A DNA stretch of 32,617 nt from Octopus bimaculoides (taxonomy: Eukaryota). A program made the position numbers and the translations under genes. Below are positions 1 through 10,779 of the stretch, piece after piece (the stretch's first letter is position 1; each line of letters begins with the position of its first letter). A model generated the notes under the pieces. The model was not told the origin of the DNA. It was given only the letters and a program-made list of their open reading frames with translations, and did no database searches. The DNA is taken from NCBI RefSeq assembly GCF_001194135.2, contig NC_068981.1, positions 163,967,561-164,000,177 on the forward strand, in the 5' to 3' direction.

Positions 1-382
1 CTGAGAAGGTGAATGACAAGGACCTTTTTGTGTGCACAGTCTGTCACAGACCATGTCTGTCCTTGGCTGGCCTCAAATCTCACCTGCGAACCCATGGAAA
101 ACAAACCTCATCCAGCTATTCTGATTATATGTCTGTGCACACGTTTGAATGTGGTGTGTGCCAGAGGGTCTGCAAATCCAATGGGGGTCTTAAAATACAT
201 GTTAGGATCCATAATGAGCAGAACTTACTTGCAGGTATTGGTAGTGCAAATCAGAGGTGCAATCTGTGTGGGTGTTTTTTCAAAACACTGTCTGGTTTAA
301 AAAGCCACATCAGACGCCATGAAAGGGCTAAGGTGTAGGTGCAGGAGGTGGTCAAACTCTGTTTAAGGAGTAGACAACCACC
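1..382 (+). mobile_element. 3' end of a non-LTR retrotransposon (RTE-like LINE)
   Basis: The zinc-finger ORF stops at 338, followed by a 44-nt 3' UTR ending ...GTAGACAACCACC and then an (AT)n run. A short UTR plus microsatellite tail is typical of RTE elements. The clade assignment is inference because the RT and EN domains lie outside the window. Confidence 0.6.
3..338 (+). CDS. Partial ORF (open past the window start) encoding three C2H2 zinc fingers; most likely the C-terminus of a LINE (RTE-like) ORF2
   Basis: There are three C-x2-C-x12-H-x3-H fingers (CTVC..GLKSHLRTH, CGVC..GLKIHVRIH, CNLC..GLKSHIRRH). The frame is open from base 3 (EKVNDK), so the GTG start at 9 in the track is an artefact. 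The linkers are long and lack TGEKP. The C..C.R.C.S..GL.SH.R.H pattern is typical of RTE ORF2 C-termini. Confidence 0.75.
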   Translation, partial: EKVNDKDLFVCTVCHRPCLSLAGLKSHLRTHGKQTSSSYSDYMSVHTFECGVCQRVCKSNGGLKIHVRIHNEQNLLAGIGSANQRCNLCGCFFKTLSGLKSHIRRHERAKV

Positions 383-428
383 ATATATATATATATATAC
401 ATACACATATACACACGCACATATAAAA

Positions 429-570
429 CAGGTTTCTTTCCGTTCCGTTTGCCGAATCAACTCCTAAGGCCCAAGGCTATAGTAAAAGACACTTGCCCAA
501 GGTGCCATGCAGTGAGACTGAACCTAGAACCATGTGTTTAAGAAGCAAGCTTCTTAGCGCACAGTCATGC
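429..570 (-). mobile_element. SINE family A, 5' half
   Basis: The reverse complement reads GCATGACTGTGCGCTAAGAAGCTTGCTTC..GGTTCAGTCTCACTGCATGGCACCTTGGGCAAGTGTCTTTTACTATAGCC. This matches the copies at 3131, 20231 and 30997. Confidence 0.85.
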
Positions 571-807
571 TTAGCAGCTAAGCACCCTTCAAATCAAATC
601 TTCCAGTCTCAAGGAGAAACTTATTGGGTGTGTAGTCCTAGATACGCATCAATGTAAACATGATTGGGTGATCATGATTGGAAAGCCTTTTATCAATGAG
701 AAATGTTTTTAAACATATTCTGTTTTGACGTTGTTTCTGCCCTGAAATCACGTAGGACTATCGTTTTTTCGAAGGCATTATTAGATATTGTAGCTCCAGA
801 TATTACG

Positions 808-853
808 AGCATGGCTGCAGTCAAATAACTAAAACAAGTAAACGAATAAAAGA
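808..853 (+). mobile_element. SINE family A, 3' tail fragment
   Basis: GAGCATGGCTGCAGTCAAATAACTAAAACAAGTAAACGAATAAAAG matches the 3' end of the copies ending at 20636 and 31415. Confidence 0.7.
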
Positions 854-1558
854 ACAAAAGATTTATATGACTAACGTTATCATTTATGTCTTGATTGTCT
901 CAATAGTAACGTATATTAGTGTATGTCTAGCCCTGGCGTTACCGAAAACGTATTGGTGGTCATTAAGAAGAAAGGGACAGATAGAGAGAAAGAGAATTAC
1001 AAGATGCTGGAGGAAGTCGATCTTAATGGCTGTCTCCATTAGCGTTGGTGATGTTGATAGCTTGTAGTATCAAAGAAGATATTTTTGGGTGGGCAACGAG
1101 ACACACTGCATCATTTTCAGGAAATTTTTGCGAATTTGTATTCTACACACGATTATGCAAAAATCAAAGACAAAAATTAAGGCGTGTCTGATTTAAGGTC
1201 TATTTAGCTGTTATTTTTCGCACATCTCACCACCACCTCAACGAGTAAAATATATTTGTCAGCACGTGCTTTCTTGGAGATAGAAGAGTTCTCATGCTTG
1301 TCTTTTTTTGTTGTTTGTTTTACTGTGGAAAGAGGTATGAAATCGTATGTGGTTGATTATTGACCAAAAACTAGCCAAAATTTGCAAACTTTAAAAGCTA
1401 TTAACTCTTTATTTATTGATTTATGGCGAAAATGAATTCCTTGGCATTAATTAGCATATAAAACTACATCATGACACCGAATATGAAATCAATTTGACCA
1501 GAAATTGAAAAGATTGAAAATTGGCAACCAAACAGAAAAGAACCGATGAAAGATGGTT

Positions 1559-1588
1559 TAAAGGCAGTGCTCCAGCATGGCTCCAGTC
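1559..1588 (+). mobile_element. SINE family A, short 3' fragment
   Basis: TAAAGGCAGTGCTCCAGCATGGCTCCAGTC resembles TAAAGGCGGTGCTCAGGCATGGCCACAGCC near 31336. Confidence 0.55.
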
Positions 1589-1633
1589 TCCAGGGAAAGA
1601 TAAAGGATAAAAGATACGAGCGGTAATATCAAC

Positions 1634-1848
1634 TTTAGTCGCTGTTTCTAGTAGGTTGAGCGTCAGTGCTGAAGCTCCCTTTGTTGGTCGCGTGGCCATT
1701 CCTGTCAGATATGATATATCTAAATCTACATTTTCTAATGATACTTTCCTTTAGTTTTTTAATGATAATCCTGCATGATATGAAATAAAAAGCTTTAGTT
1801 GTTATTTCTAGCATGTTGAGCGACACTGTAGAAGCTGCCCTTGTTGGT
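1634..1848. repeat. Two 55-bp direct repeats 160 bp apart (1634-1688, 1794-1848); members of an unclassified dispersed repeat
   Basis: 44/55 positions are identical by manual alignment. The core GCTAGAAATA(A/G)CAGC(C/T)AAA also occurs at 1203-1221 (-), 11064-11082 (+) and 19779-19797 (+). Confidence 0.7.
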
Positions 1849-2018
1849 TAATAATATCTTTTGTTATTTAAATCCTTCTTTAAAACTGACTCTACTATGC
1901 TATATAGTAATACAAGGATCTGACGGAAGCAGCTGCTACTTAGATCACAGCTGATCAACGAATATAATAATAAATACACTTATATGTTGTAACCGAGCTG
2001 CAAACTCTGCTAAGGGTA

Positions 2019-2893
2019 TTCTTCTTCTTCATCTTCTTCATCTTCTTCTTCTTCTTCTTCTTCTTCTTCTTCTTCTTCTTCTTCTTCTCCTTCTTCTCCT
2101 TCTTCTCCTTCTTCTTCTTCTCCTTCTTCTTCTTCTTCTCCTCCTCCTCCTCCTCCTCCTTCTTCTTCTTCTTCTTCTTCTTCTCCTTCTTCTTCTCCTT
2201 CTCCTCCTTCTTCTTCTTCTTCTTCTTCTTCTTCTCCTTCTCCTTCTCCTCCTCCTCCTCCTCCTCCTTCTCCTTCTTCTCCTTCTTCTTCTTCTCCTTC
2301 TTCTTCTTCTTCTCCTCCTCCNNNNNNNNNNNNNNNNNNNNNNNNNNNNNNNNNNNNNNNNNNNNNNNNNNNNNNNNNNNNNNNNNNNNNNNNNNNNNNN
2401 NNNNNNNNNNNNNNNNNNNNNNNNNNNNNNNNNNNNNNNNNNNNNNNNNNNNNNNNNNNNNNNNNNNNNNNNNNNNNNNNNNNNNNNNNNNNNNNNNNNN
2501 NNNNNNNNNNNNNNNNNNNNNNNNNNNNNNNNNNNNNNNNNNNNNNNNNNNNNNNNNNNNNNNNNNNNNNNNNNNNNNNNNNNNNNNNNNNNNNNNNNNN
2601 NNNNNNNNNNNNNNNNNNNNNNNNNNNNNNNNNNNNNNNNNNNNNNNNNNNNNNNNNNNNNNNNNNNNNNNNNNNNNNNNNNNNNNNNNNNNNNNNNNNN
2701 NNNNNNNNNNNNNNNNCTTCTTCTTCTTCTTCTTCTTCTTGTTCCTGTTCTTGTTGTTGTTGTTCTTCTTCTTCTTCTTCTTCTCCTTCTTCTTCTTCTT
2801 CTTCTTCTTCTTCTTCTTCTTCTTCTCCTTCTTCTTCTTCTTCTCCTTCTCCTTCTTCTTCTTCTTCTTCTTCTTCTTCTCCTTCTTCTTCTC
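2019..2893. repeat. (TTC)n/(TCC)n trinucleotide microsatellite spanning gap 2322-2716
   Basis: Seen directly. It is the source of the poly-K, poly-E and poly-R ORFs in the track. Confidence 0.97.
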
Positions 2894-3130
2894 CACCATT
2901 CCCATAATCCAAATCCTGCCCCCTCTTTTGCGTTACTAAGCCCCATTGACAATCTACCCTGTAGTCATGGAGACAGCATGGATCAAATCGGTCAGCAGTT
3001 GATACGTACGTATGTTGTGAAATTAATTAAAAAAGAAATAAAGCTAAACTGAAATAAAATGCAGAAATAGCCAGCGTAGCTCTTAGTTCAGTGAGTTCAT
3101 TCCATTATATTCATTATATATAGAGAGGAA

Positions 3131-3297
3131 GACGCCGGAGTGGCTGTGTGGTAAGAAGCTTGCTTCCCAACCACATGCTTCCGGACTCAGTCCCACTGCG
3201 TGGTACTTTGGGCAAGTGTCTTCTATTATACCCTCGGACCGACCAAACCCTTGTGACTGGATTTGGTGGACGGAAACTGAAAGATGCACGTCATGTG

Positions 3298-3300
<3 letters not shown>
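3131..3300 (+). mobile_element. SINE family A, 5' half running into (TA)n(TG)n and a gap
   Basis: It has an A-box-like TGGCTGTGTGG, a degenerate B-box, and TTGGGCAAGTGTCTTCT, matching the other family A copies. Confidence 0.9.
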
Positions 3301-3371
<71 letters not shown>

Positions 3372-3829
3372 NNNNNNNNNNNNNNNNNNNNNNNNNNNNN
3401 NNNNNNNNNNNNNNNNNNNNNNNNNNNNNNNNNNNNNNNNNNNNNNNNNNNNNNNNNNNNNNNNNNNNNNNNNNNNNNNNNNNNNNNNNNNNNNNNNNNN
3501 NNNNNNNNNNNNNNNNNNNNNNNNNNNNNNNNNNNNNNNNNNNNNNNNNNNNNNNNNNNNNNNNNNNNNNNNNNNNNNNNNNNNNNNNNNNNNNNNNNNN
3601 NNNNNNNNNNNNNNNNNNNNNNNNNNNNNNNNNNNNNNNNNNNNNNNNNNNNNNNNNNNNNNNNNNNNNNNNNNNNNNNNNNNNNNNNNNNNNNNNNNNN
3701 NNNNNNNNNNNNNNNNNNNNNNNNNNNNNNNNNNNNNNNNNNNNNNNNNNNNNNNNNNNNNNNNNNNNNNNNNNNNNNNNNNNNNNNNNNNNNNNNNATA
3801 TATATATATATATACATATATGTGTTATA

Positions 3830-4695
3830 CACGAGGTTTCATCAATAAGTATTCGGACTGTTAGCATAGTAACGAAGCTAAAGTACGCACACTGGAACCG
3901 CCTGCCAAAGATTGATCTTGACCTCTGCTGTGCATGTGCACCAAATTTTAACATTCTAGCTCTCATCCGCTGTTTAGAGTAGTGCTTCGAAGTAACGTGT
4001 GTAACATGTGATCGTAGCATTGACCGTGACAGGGAAGCTGTCTTGGCGATACCTGCAAAATTGCAGAAAGTGTATGGAGAGGAGTGTATGAGCCGCACAC
4101 AAGTGTACGAGTGGTTCAGACGTTTCGAAGATGGCCGAAAAATCTAGATAATGACGAAAGTTCTGAGAGACCCGCAATCAGCAGAACAGAGAAAATCATC
4201 GCAAATGGGCGTGCAGCTGTTAGGAGATATTGTCGAATACCATCTGTGAGTTATCAGAGGACGTGCAGATTAGTTACAGGTCAGTTCAGTCCATTATCAC
4301 TGAAGATTTGGGTATGAGACGCGTTTCTGCCATGTTTGTGACAAAACTGCTTTCAGCTGACAAAAAAAGGATACTCGGGTTTCAGTTGTACAAGATCTTG
4401 ATTGTCTCGAGAACGATGAAGGCTTTTTGAAAACCTTGCGTAAGCCACTGAGCAGGTATCACCACGCATTTGGCAAAATTTGATGCAGATCTCTGTGCTA
4501 CTTTCTCTGTCATTGTCAATGCGACGAACACACACTCCACACGTTACTTCCAAGAACATCTGTAATCAACGGAAGTGATCTAGAACATTAACACTTAGTG
4601 CGCATGCACGGCAGGATTGAAGGTGAATATGTGTCAAGCGGCTTTACTCTGCGTCCTTTAGCTTTGTTACTAGTGCAACAATTGATCAGACCATG
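3830..4695 (+). mobile_element. Non-autonomous mariner (Tc1/mariner) derivative with long inverted arms
   Basis: It is flanked by TA at 3828-3829 and 4696-4697. The arm at about 3830-4056 aligns with the reverse complement of about 4440-4695 (e.g. GAAGTAACGTGTG, GCATTGAC, TAGTAAC(G/A)AAGCTAAAG, TGG(C/T)GATACCTGC). Confidence 0.8.
4061..4437 (+). pseudogene. Mariner transposase N-terminal fragment (DNA-binding domain and linker), frameshifted
   Basis: The joined frames read LQKVYGEECMSRTQVYEWFRRFEDGRK / NLDNDESSERPAISRTE / ELSEDVQISYRSVQSIITEDLGMRRVSAMFVTKLLSADKK / VSVVQDLDCLENDEGFLKTL. FVTKLL corresponds to the mariner WVPxxL linker. The fragment ends just before the expected TGDETW catalytic motif. 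Confidence 0.9.
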
Positions 4696-5870
4696 TATGT
4701 ATTATATAGAATTGAAGAAATTGGAGTGACGGAAAATGCTGAAACTTAAGTTTGAAAGTATATAATTATACTACCAATGCTACTGAGTAATTCTGAAGGT
4801 GGACGAGTTCTATACTATACCCTAACGCGTTCCTAACGAAATACAACATAACTGTATGTATTATACATACATACATATATACATACATACATACATGCAT
4901 ACATACGTATATATATATATATACAAACACACACAGACACACACACACATATATATATATATATACATATGTAGATGTATTATATATCTATATATGCTTA
5001 TATATATATATATGCATACACATACATATATATACATATAGATATATATTTATATATATATGCATATACAGTATAATATTAAGGTGAATTCATATATAGA
5101 GATTTATAATAGAGATATACTATTATAAATCTCTACACAATACATACATACATACAAACATACATACATACATACATACGTACATACATACATGCATACA
5201 TATATATATATATCGTATACCTATATATACATATATNNNNNNNNNNNNNNNNNNNNNNNNNNNNNNNNNNNNNNNNNNNNNNNNNNNNNNNNNNNNNNNN
5301 NNNNNNNNNNNNNNNNNNNNNNNNNNNNNNNNNNNNNNNNNNNNNNNNNNNNNNNNNNNNNNNNNNNNNNNNNNNNNNNNNNNNNNNNNNNNNNNNNNNN
5401 NNNNNNNNNNNNNNNNNNNNNNNNNNNNNNNNNNNNNNNNNNNNNNNNNNNNNNNNNNNNNNNNNNNNNNNNNNNNNNNNNNNNNNNNNNNNNNNNNNNN
5501 NNNNNNNNNNNNNNNNNNNNNNNNNNNNNNNNNNNNNNNNNNNNNNNNNNNNNNNNNNNNNNNNNNNNNNNNNNNNNNNNNNNNNNNNNNNNNNNNNNNN
5601 NNNNNNNNNNNNNNNNNNNNNNNNNNNNNNNNNNNNNNNNNNNNNNNNNNNNNNNNNNNNNNNNNNNNNNNNNNNNNNNNNNNNNNNNNNNNNNNNNNNN
5701 NNNNNNNNNNNNNNNNNNNNNNNNNNNNNNNNNNNNNNNNNNNNNNNNNNNNNNNNNNNNNNNNNNNNNNNNNNNNNNNNNNNNNNNNNNNNNNNNNNNN
5801 NNNNNNNNNNNNNNNNNNNNNNNNNNNNNNNNNNNNNNNNNNNNNNNNNNNNNNNNNNNNNNNNNNNNNN

Positions 5871-5906
<36 letters not shown>

Positions 5907-6268
5907 CATATAAATATGTGCACGCACTTATGTATCTATACATATAAATTTGACATGGGCGATTCTTTCTTGTCTTGGGATTCACGGTCAAATGGCTGGG
6001 TGGAATTACGCGAAAAATTACACAGATGTGTAGAATGATCCGGTGGTGTTACAGTGCTTTGTATTGTTTTCATAGCTCCGATGGTTACCGAGATAATCTA
6101 CTATAATAATATTCTTGTGTTTATGAGTGAGAAAGGAAAGGGTGATGTCATACTTGGTAGTGGGATGATGAAAATTGTACGCTGAAAAACTCAAACAGTG
6201 TTTCAACTCTGTGTGAATATGTGTGTGTATGTAAAAGTGGGTATGTGAATGTGTTGAGTTTGTGTGTT

Positions 6269-6301
<33 letters not shown>

Positions 6302-6570
6302 NNNNNNNNNNNNNNNNNNNNNNNNNNNNNNNNNNNNNNNNNNNNNNNNNNNNNNNNNNNNNNNNNNNNNNNNNNNNNNNNNNNNNNNNNNNNNNNNNNN
6401 NNNNNNNNNNNNNNNNNNNNNNNNNNNNNNNNNNNNNNNNNNNNNNNNNNNNNNNNNNNNNNNNNNNNNNNNNNNNNNNNNNNNNNNNNNNNNNNNNNNN
6501 NNNNNNNNNNNNNNNNNNNNNNNNNNNNNNNNNNNNNNNNNNNNNNNNNNNNNNNNNNNNNNNNNNNNNN

Positions 6571-6601
<31 letters not shown>

Positions 6602-6731
6602 ATAACTGTTTACTGTTGTGTTAAGTTATAATAAAAACAATTCTAAATTAAACTGAAGAATTGCTCAAAAGTATTTGTTAAGTTCAAATTTATTATTATT
6701 TAAGAAGAATTGTATTGGCAGTAGCTTCGAA

Positions 6732-6788
6732 GTTTCGGCTAGTTAAGCCATCTTCGCACCGTCCGATGATGGCTCAGCTGATCGAAAC
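6732..6788. ncRNA. Inverted pair of degenerate hammerhead-ribozyme-like motifs (PLE type) forming a 57-nt hairpin
   Basis: The arms 6732-6756 and 6764-6788 match at 19/25 positions. The minus arm reads GCGAAGA-T-GGCT(TAACT)AGCC-GAAA-CTTCGAAG, i.e. a CUGANGA-like core, a 4-bp stem II, GAAA and a palindromic stem III. Confidence 0.5.
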
Positions 6789-6814
6789 TGCATATGCCAT
6801 ACTTGCTAAAGAAT

Positions 6815-6846
<32 letters not shown>

Positions 6847-7089
6847 CATACATACATACATACATACATTACTGTATTGGCAATAATAAGAACAGAGGAG
6901 GATATTAGGGAGAAGGAAGTGAATAAAGCAAACGGAATAAGTAAATGAGAGAAGAGCAGAAGAAACGGAAGGACCGTAATGTGCCGGAGTGGAAGGAGGA
7001 GTGTGTGGGAGGAATGAGTTGATATAACGAAAGAAGAATGAAACCAAGGTGGGCAATAATATATAATAATGAATAAGCTGAAGAAGGAA

Positions 7090-7880
7090 AATAGGAAGAA
7101 ATGCAAAAGTGGTAGAAAGGGAGACGATGAAGAAGAGGAAGACGAAGGAGAATGAGTATAAGAGGGATTTGTATGAGGAGGAGGAGGTGTAGAAGAAAAA
7201 GATGATGAAGAATAGGATGATGACGATGATAAGGAGGAGGAGAAGGAGGAGGAAGGAAGATGTCGATGATCATGATGAAGAAGGAGGAAGAAAAATTGTA
7301 ATTTTGTAAAGAAAAAAAAACCCTAAACAAATCAAAATATTGAAAGATAAATAGAAGAAACTGCTTCTCATAAACGGAGTAAGACGAAGGGAAGACATAT
7401 CAAAGTGATATAGAAAAATATATGAAAGAAAGAAAGAAAGAAAGAAAGAAGGAAAGAAAGAAGGAAGGAAAGAAAGAAATAAAGGAAGGCAAGGAAGGAA
7501 GATAGATAAATAAATAGATAGAAACAAAAAAAGTTAGAAATAAAAAAAATGAAATTAATAATACATGAATGAAAGAATGAAAGATTGAAAGAAAGAAAGA
7601 AAATATGAAGCGAGAAAGAGAGGAATAAGGAAAGGAAGTATGAAGAGAGAAAGAGAGAAAGGAAGAAAGGACGAACGATCAAACAAGCGAAAGAAAGAAA
7701 ATGAAAGAAGGCATGAGGAGAAAAAGAAATAAATGAGTAAATAAAGCATGAAGAGGGAAGGAGAAAGAAAGAAAGAAAGAAAGAAAGTGCGTATAGCAAG
7801 AAAAACAGAGAGGAAGAAAGACTGAAAGGGAAGGAAAGGCGGCAACGGGGATTTAAGGCGAAGACAGAGAGGGAGAGAGG

Positions 7881-7942
<62 letters not shown>

Positions 7943-7948
7943 AAAAAG
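7090..7948. repeat. Purine-rich low-complexity tract with (GAAA)n and (GA)n
   Basis: Seen directly. It explains the F/L/S-rich minus-strand ORFs. Confidence 0.95.
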
Positions 7949-8360
7949 AGAGTTGATGACGATGTAAAAACAAGAAATGGCGTGAAAGTTGCTGTAGGTT
8001 GAAGTTTTGATTTAGAGTATCTCAGCCTCAGAACACTGCTAAGGTTGTGTTTCACAGCAATAAAAAGCTTACGGCTCGCTTAGTTGACGCAACGGATCAT
8101 GGCCCTGTCCCGAGGAGAAGACGATGGTCAAAGGTCAGACAAGCTAGCCGACGGCTATTTATGCTTGATCTGAGCTGTTTTAAAGTTTCTGCTCTGTGGG
8201 TAGGCCACATTAAACTGTCGAAAGTAGCCCTCCCTCCTAAGTGCAGCGCGAAATAGCCAGCAGACGTCAAACGAGATCGGTTTAGCATAGCAGTCTTTTC
8301 AATAATATTGGATAAATTGTGACCCTTTGATAGGTTTTATTAGCCAAACAGGATAACCTA

Positions 8361-8595
8361 TATGTATGTATGTATGTATGTATGTGTATATATATATATA
8401 AGCATGTATTTATATACGTAAGTAGACTTGAATGCCTATACGTCTGTTCGCATCTGTGTACGTATGCTTTATGTATTTGTGTGTGGCTGTCGGTAAGTAC
8501 TGTAATGTGTATAGGTGTATATATGAGTAGGCATGTATGCATCGGTTGGTGCATGGATCGTTGGATGTATGTATATATGCACGCATGCATGCGTA

Positions 8596-8638
<43 letters not shown>

Positions 8639-8718
8639 GTATATGTATGTGTATATATATGTATGCATGTATGTATGTATGTATATATGTATATGCGTAT
8701 ATATATATGTGTATATAT

Positions 8719-8805
<87 letters not shown>

Positions 8806-8978
8806 TAGATATAGATAGATAGACCGATAGATAGATAGATAGATAGATAAAACTTACTTGGAAATGGTTGCGTGACGTTCGATCATATAATAATATAAAT
8901 AATATATACATATATATTTATGTATATATACATACATATATGTACATACCTACATATGTAGAACGTTTTATATATATT

Positions 8979-9051
<73 letters not shown>

Positions 9052-9073
9052 GTGTGTGTATGAATGTATATGC

Positions 9074-9105
<32 letters not shown>

Positions 9106-9310
9106 ACATCTATATATATGTGCGTGTGTGCGAGCGCGTATGTGTGTGTCTGTGTATGTGCGTCTCTGTGTGTGCGCATGTGTGTGTTTATGTGATTAGG
9201 CAAATGTCCAATTGTATTCCTAAGAACGAATGCGCACGATTGTGTAAACGCGTATATGTAGACATATTCACACATATAAATACACACACACACACACTAC
9301 ACACAGACAC
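8361..9310. repeat. Compound microsatellite field: (TATG)n, (TA)n, (GATA)n about 8752-8847, (TG)n, (CA)n
   Basis: Seen directly. Confidence 0.95.
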
Positions 9311-10365
9311 ATGCAGGTTTGAATTGACAAACAACCGGAAAAAAACATCACTCTATTACAGTAGAGTATAATTATTTATTGCAATAGTAATACTACTCTC
9401 TGTTAGTACTCCGAGTTTTGCGAATAGTCTATCTCTTATCCAGTTACTTCATTACTTGATCATTTGTAACACATTCATGTAACTCTTGAGTGGTAGCAAG
9501 CATTAATCTGAAGATTACAATATATATATGTATGCTTATATACTGCTGCACACACACCCTCGTACGCATGCATACGTACTTGTGCATTTTCTTTTGCATC
9601 TGTGCATCATATATGCAATTTTAATGGGGCCGAAATAGTACGTTTCACACCAGAATTTTTAACATGAATTTTACAAAATATAAATAAAATATAAGCACAC
9701 ACACAGACACACACACACACACACAGACACAGACACACACACACACACACACACATGCACACACATACACACACATACACACACACACACACACACATGC
9801 ACACACGACCAACTACGTCTATGTGCGTGTATTTATATATTCGTGTGTGTATACGTGCGTGCGTGTGGGATACATTTTAGTGCGTGTGCTTGTGTATAAA
9901 TACTTTTTCATTTCTGTTATGTATATGTTTTATGCCTTCAAGTATATGAATATATGGCATATCTCATTGTGTATATGTGTGTGTATGCATGTGTGTTTGT
10001 ACGTGTGTGTGTGTGTGTGTGTGTGTGCATGTGCATGCATCTTTAATGTGCATGCATTAATTAAATGTTGTACATCTGCAAGGTATAATGAGATGAAATG
10101 TCATGGTTGAATAAATCTGACGCTGTTCAATCATCTCTTAACCATATCAAGGTTCATGAGTTCAGAATCACTACAAGCCAATTGCTGTGTCTCCAGTGGA
10201 CCTAACTGTCAGGGGGAAATATCACACGAGATTTTGCTATGAAAATGTCAATAGTATTAAACACGTATTTATAAATTCATCCGATAAGGAACATTCAAGG
10301 TTGTGGGTTTCATTGCTCATTAGTGGGCGACATATGTAATCTGTTTGATATTTATATATACTGAA

Positions 10366-10559
10366 GGCGGCGAGCTGGCAGAATTGTTAGAATGCCGGAC
10401 AAAAAAATTAGCGGCATTTCGTCCGTCTTTACGTTCTGAGTTCAAAATGCAGCCGAAGTTGACTTTGACATTCATCTTTCCGGAGTCGATAAAATACATA
10501 TCAGTTTAACTCTGGGGACCAGTTTAGATGTTGGCCTTGTGCCAAAATTTGAAACCAAT
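10366..10559 (+). mobile_element. SINE family B (tRNA-type head)
   Basis: It begins GGCGGCGAGCTGGCAGAATTGTTAG, has a B-box-like GAGTTCAAA and a central GACTTTGACATTCATCTTTCCGGAGTCGATAAAATA, and ends GGCCTTGTGCCAAAATTTGAAACC. It matches the copies at 12974 and 24405-24956. Confidence 0.88.
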
Positions 10560-10779
10560 GTTCATACAAACTCCAACGTATAACAGAGCCATTCCTTTCT
10601 GTATTGTCTTTATTAACCAAGCACTTCAGTTGGCTGATGTTATTGGTGTTATCTCCCTTTATTGTTTGTTTTGTTTTTAGATTTGAAATACCACTACGAG
10701 TTCTCTGTACGAATTACTTGGATAACTCAATTAACTAAAGTTTTTCAATTCGCTGTATTACAGGTGTGAGACTCTAATG

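Noticed and set aside
339-382. Possible shared 3' tail between the LINE and the local SINEs
   Set aside because: None of the four SINE families' 3' ends resembles this UTR by eye.
1955-2952. Long poly-K, poly-E and poly-R ORFs
   Set aside because: They are translations of a (TTC/TCC)n array and an N gap, not genes.
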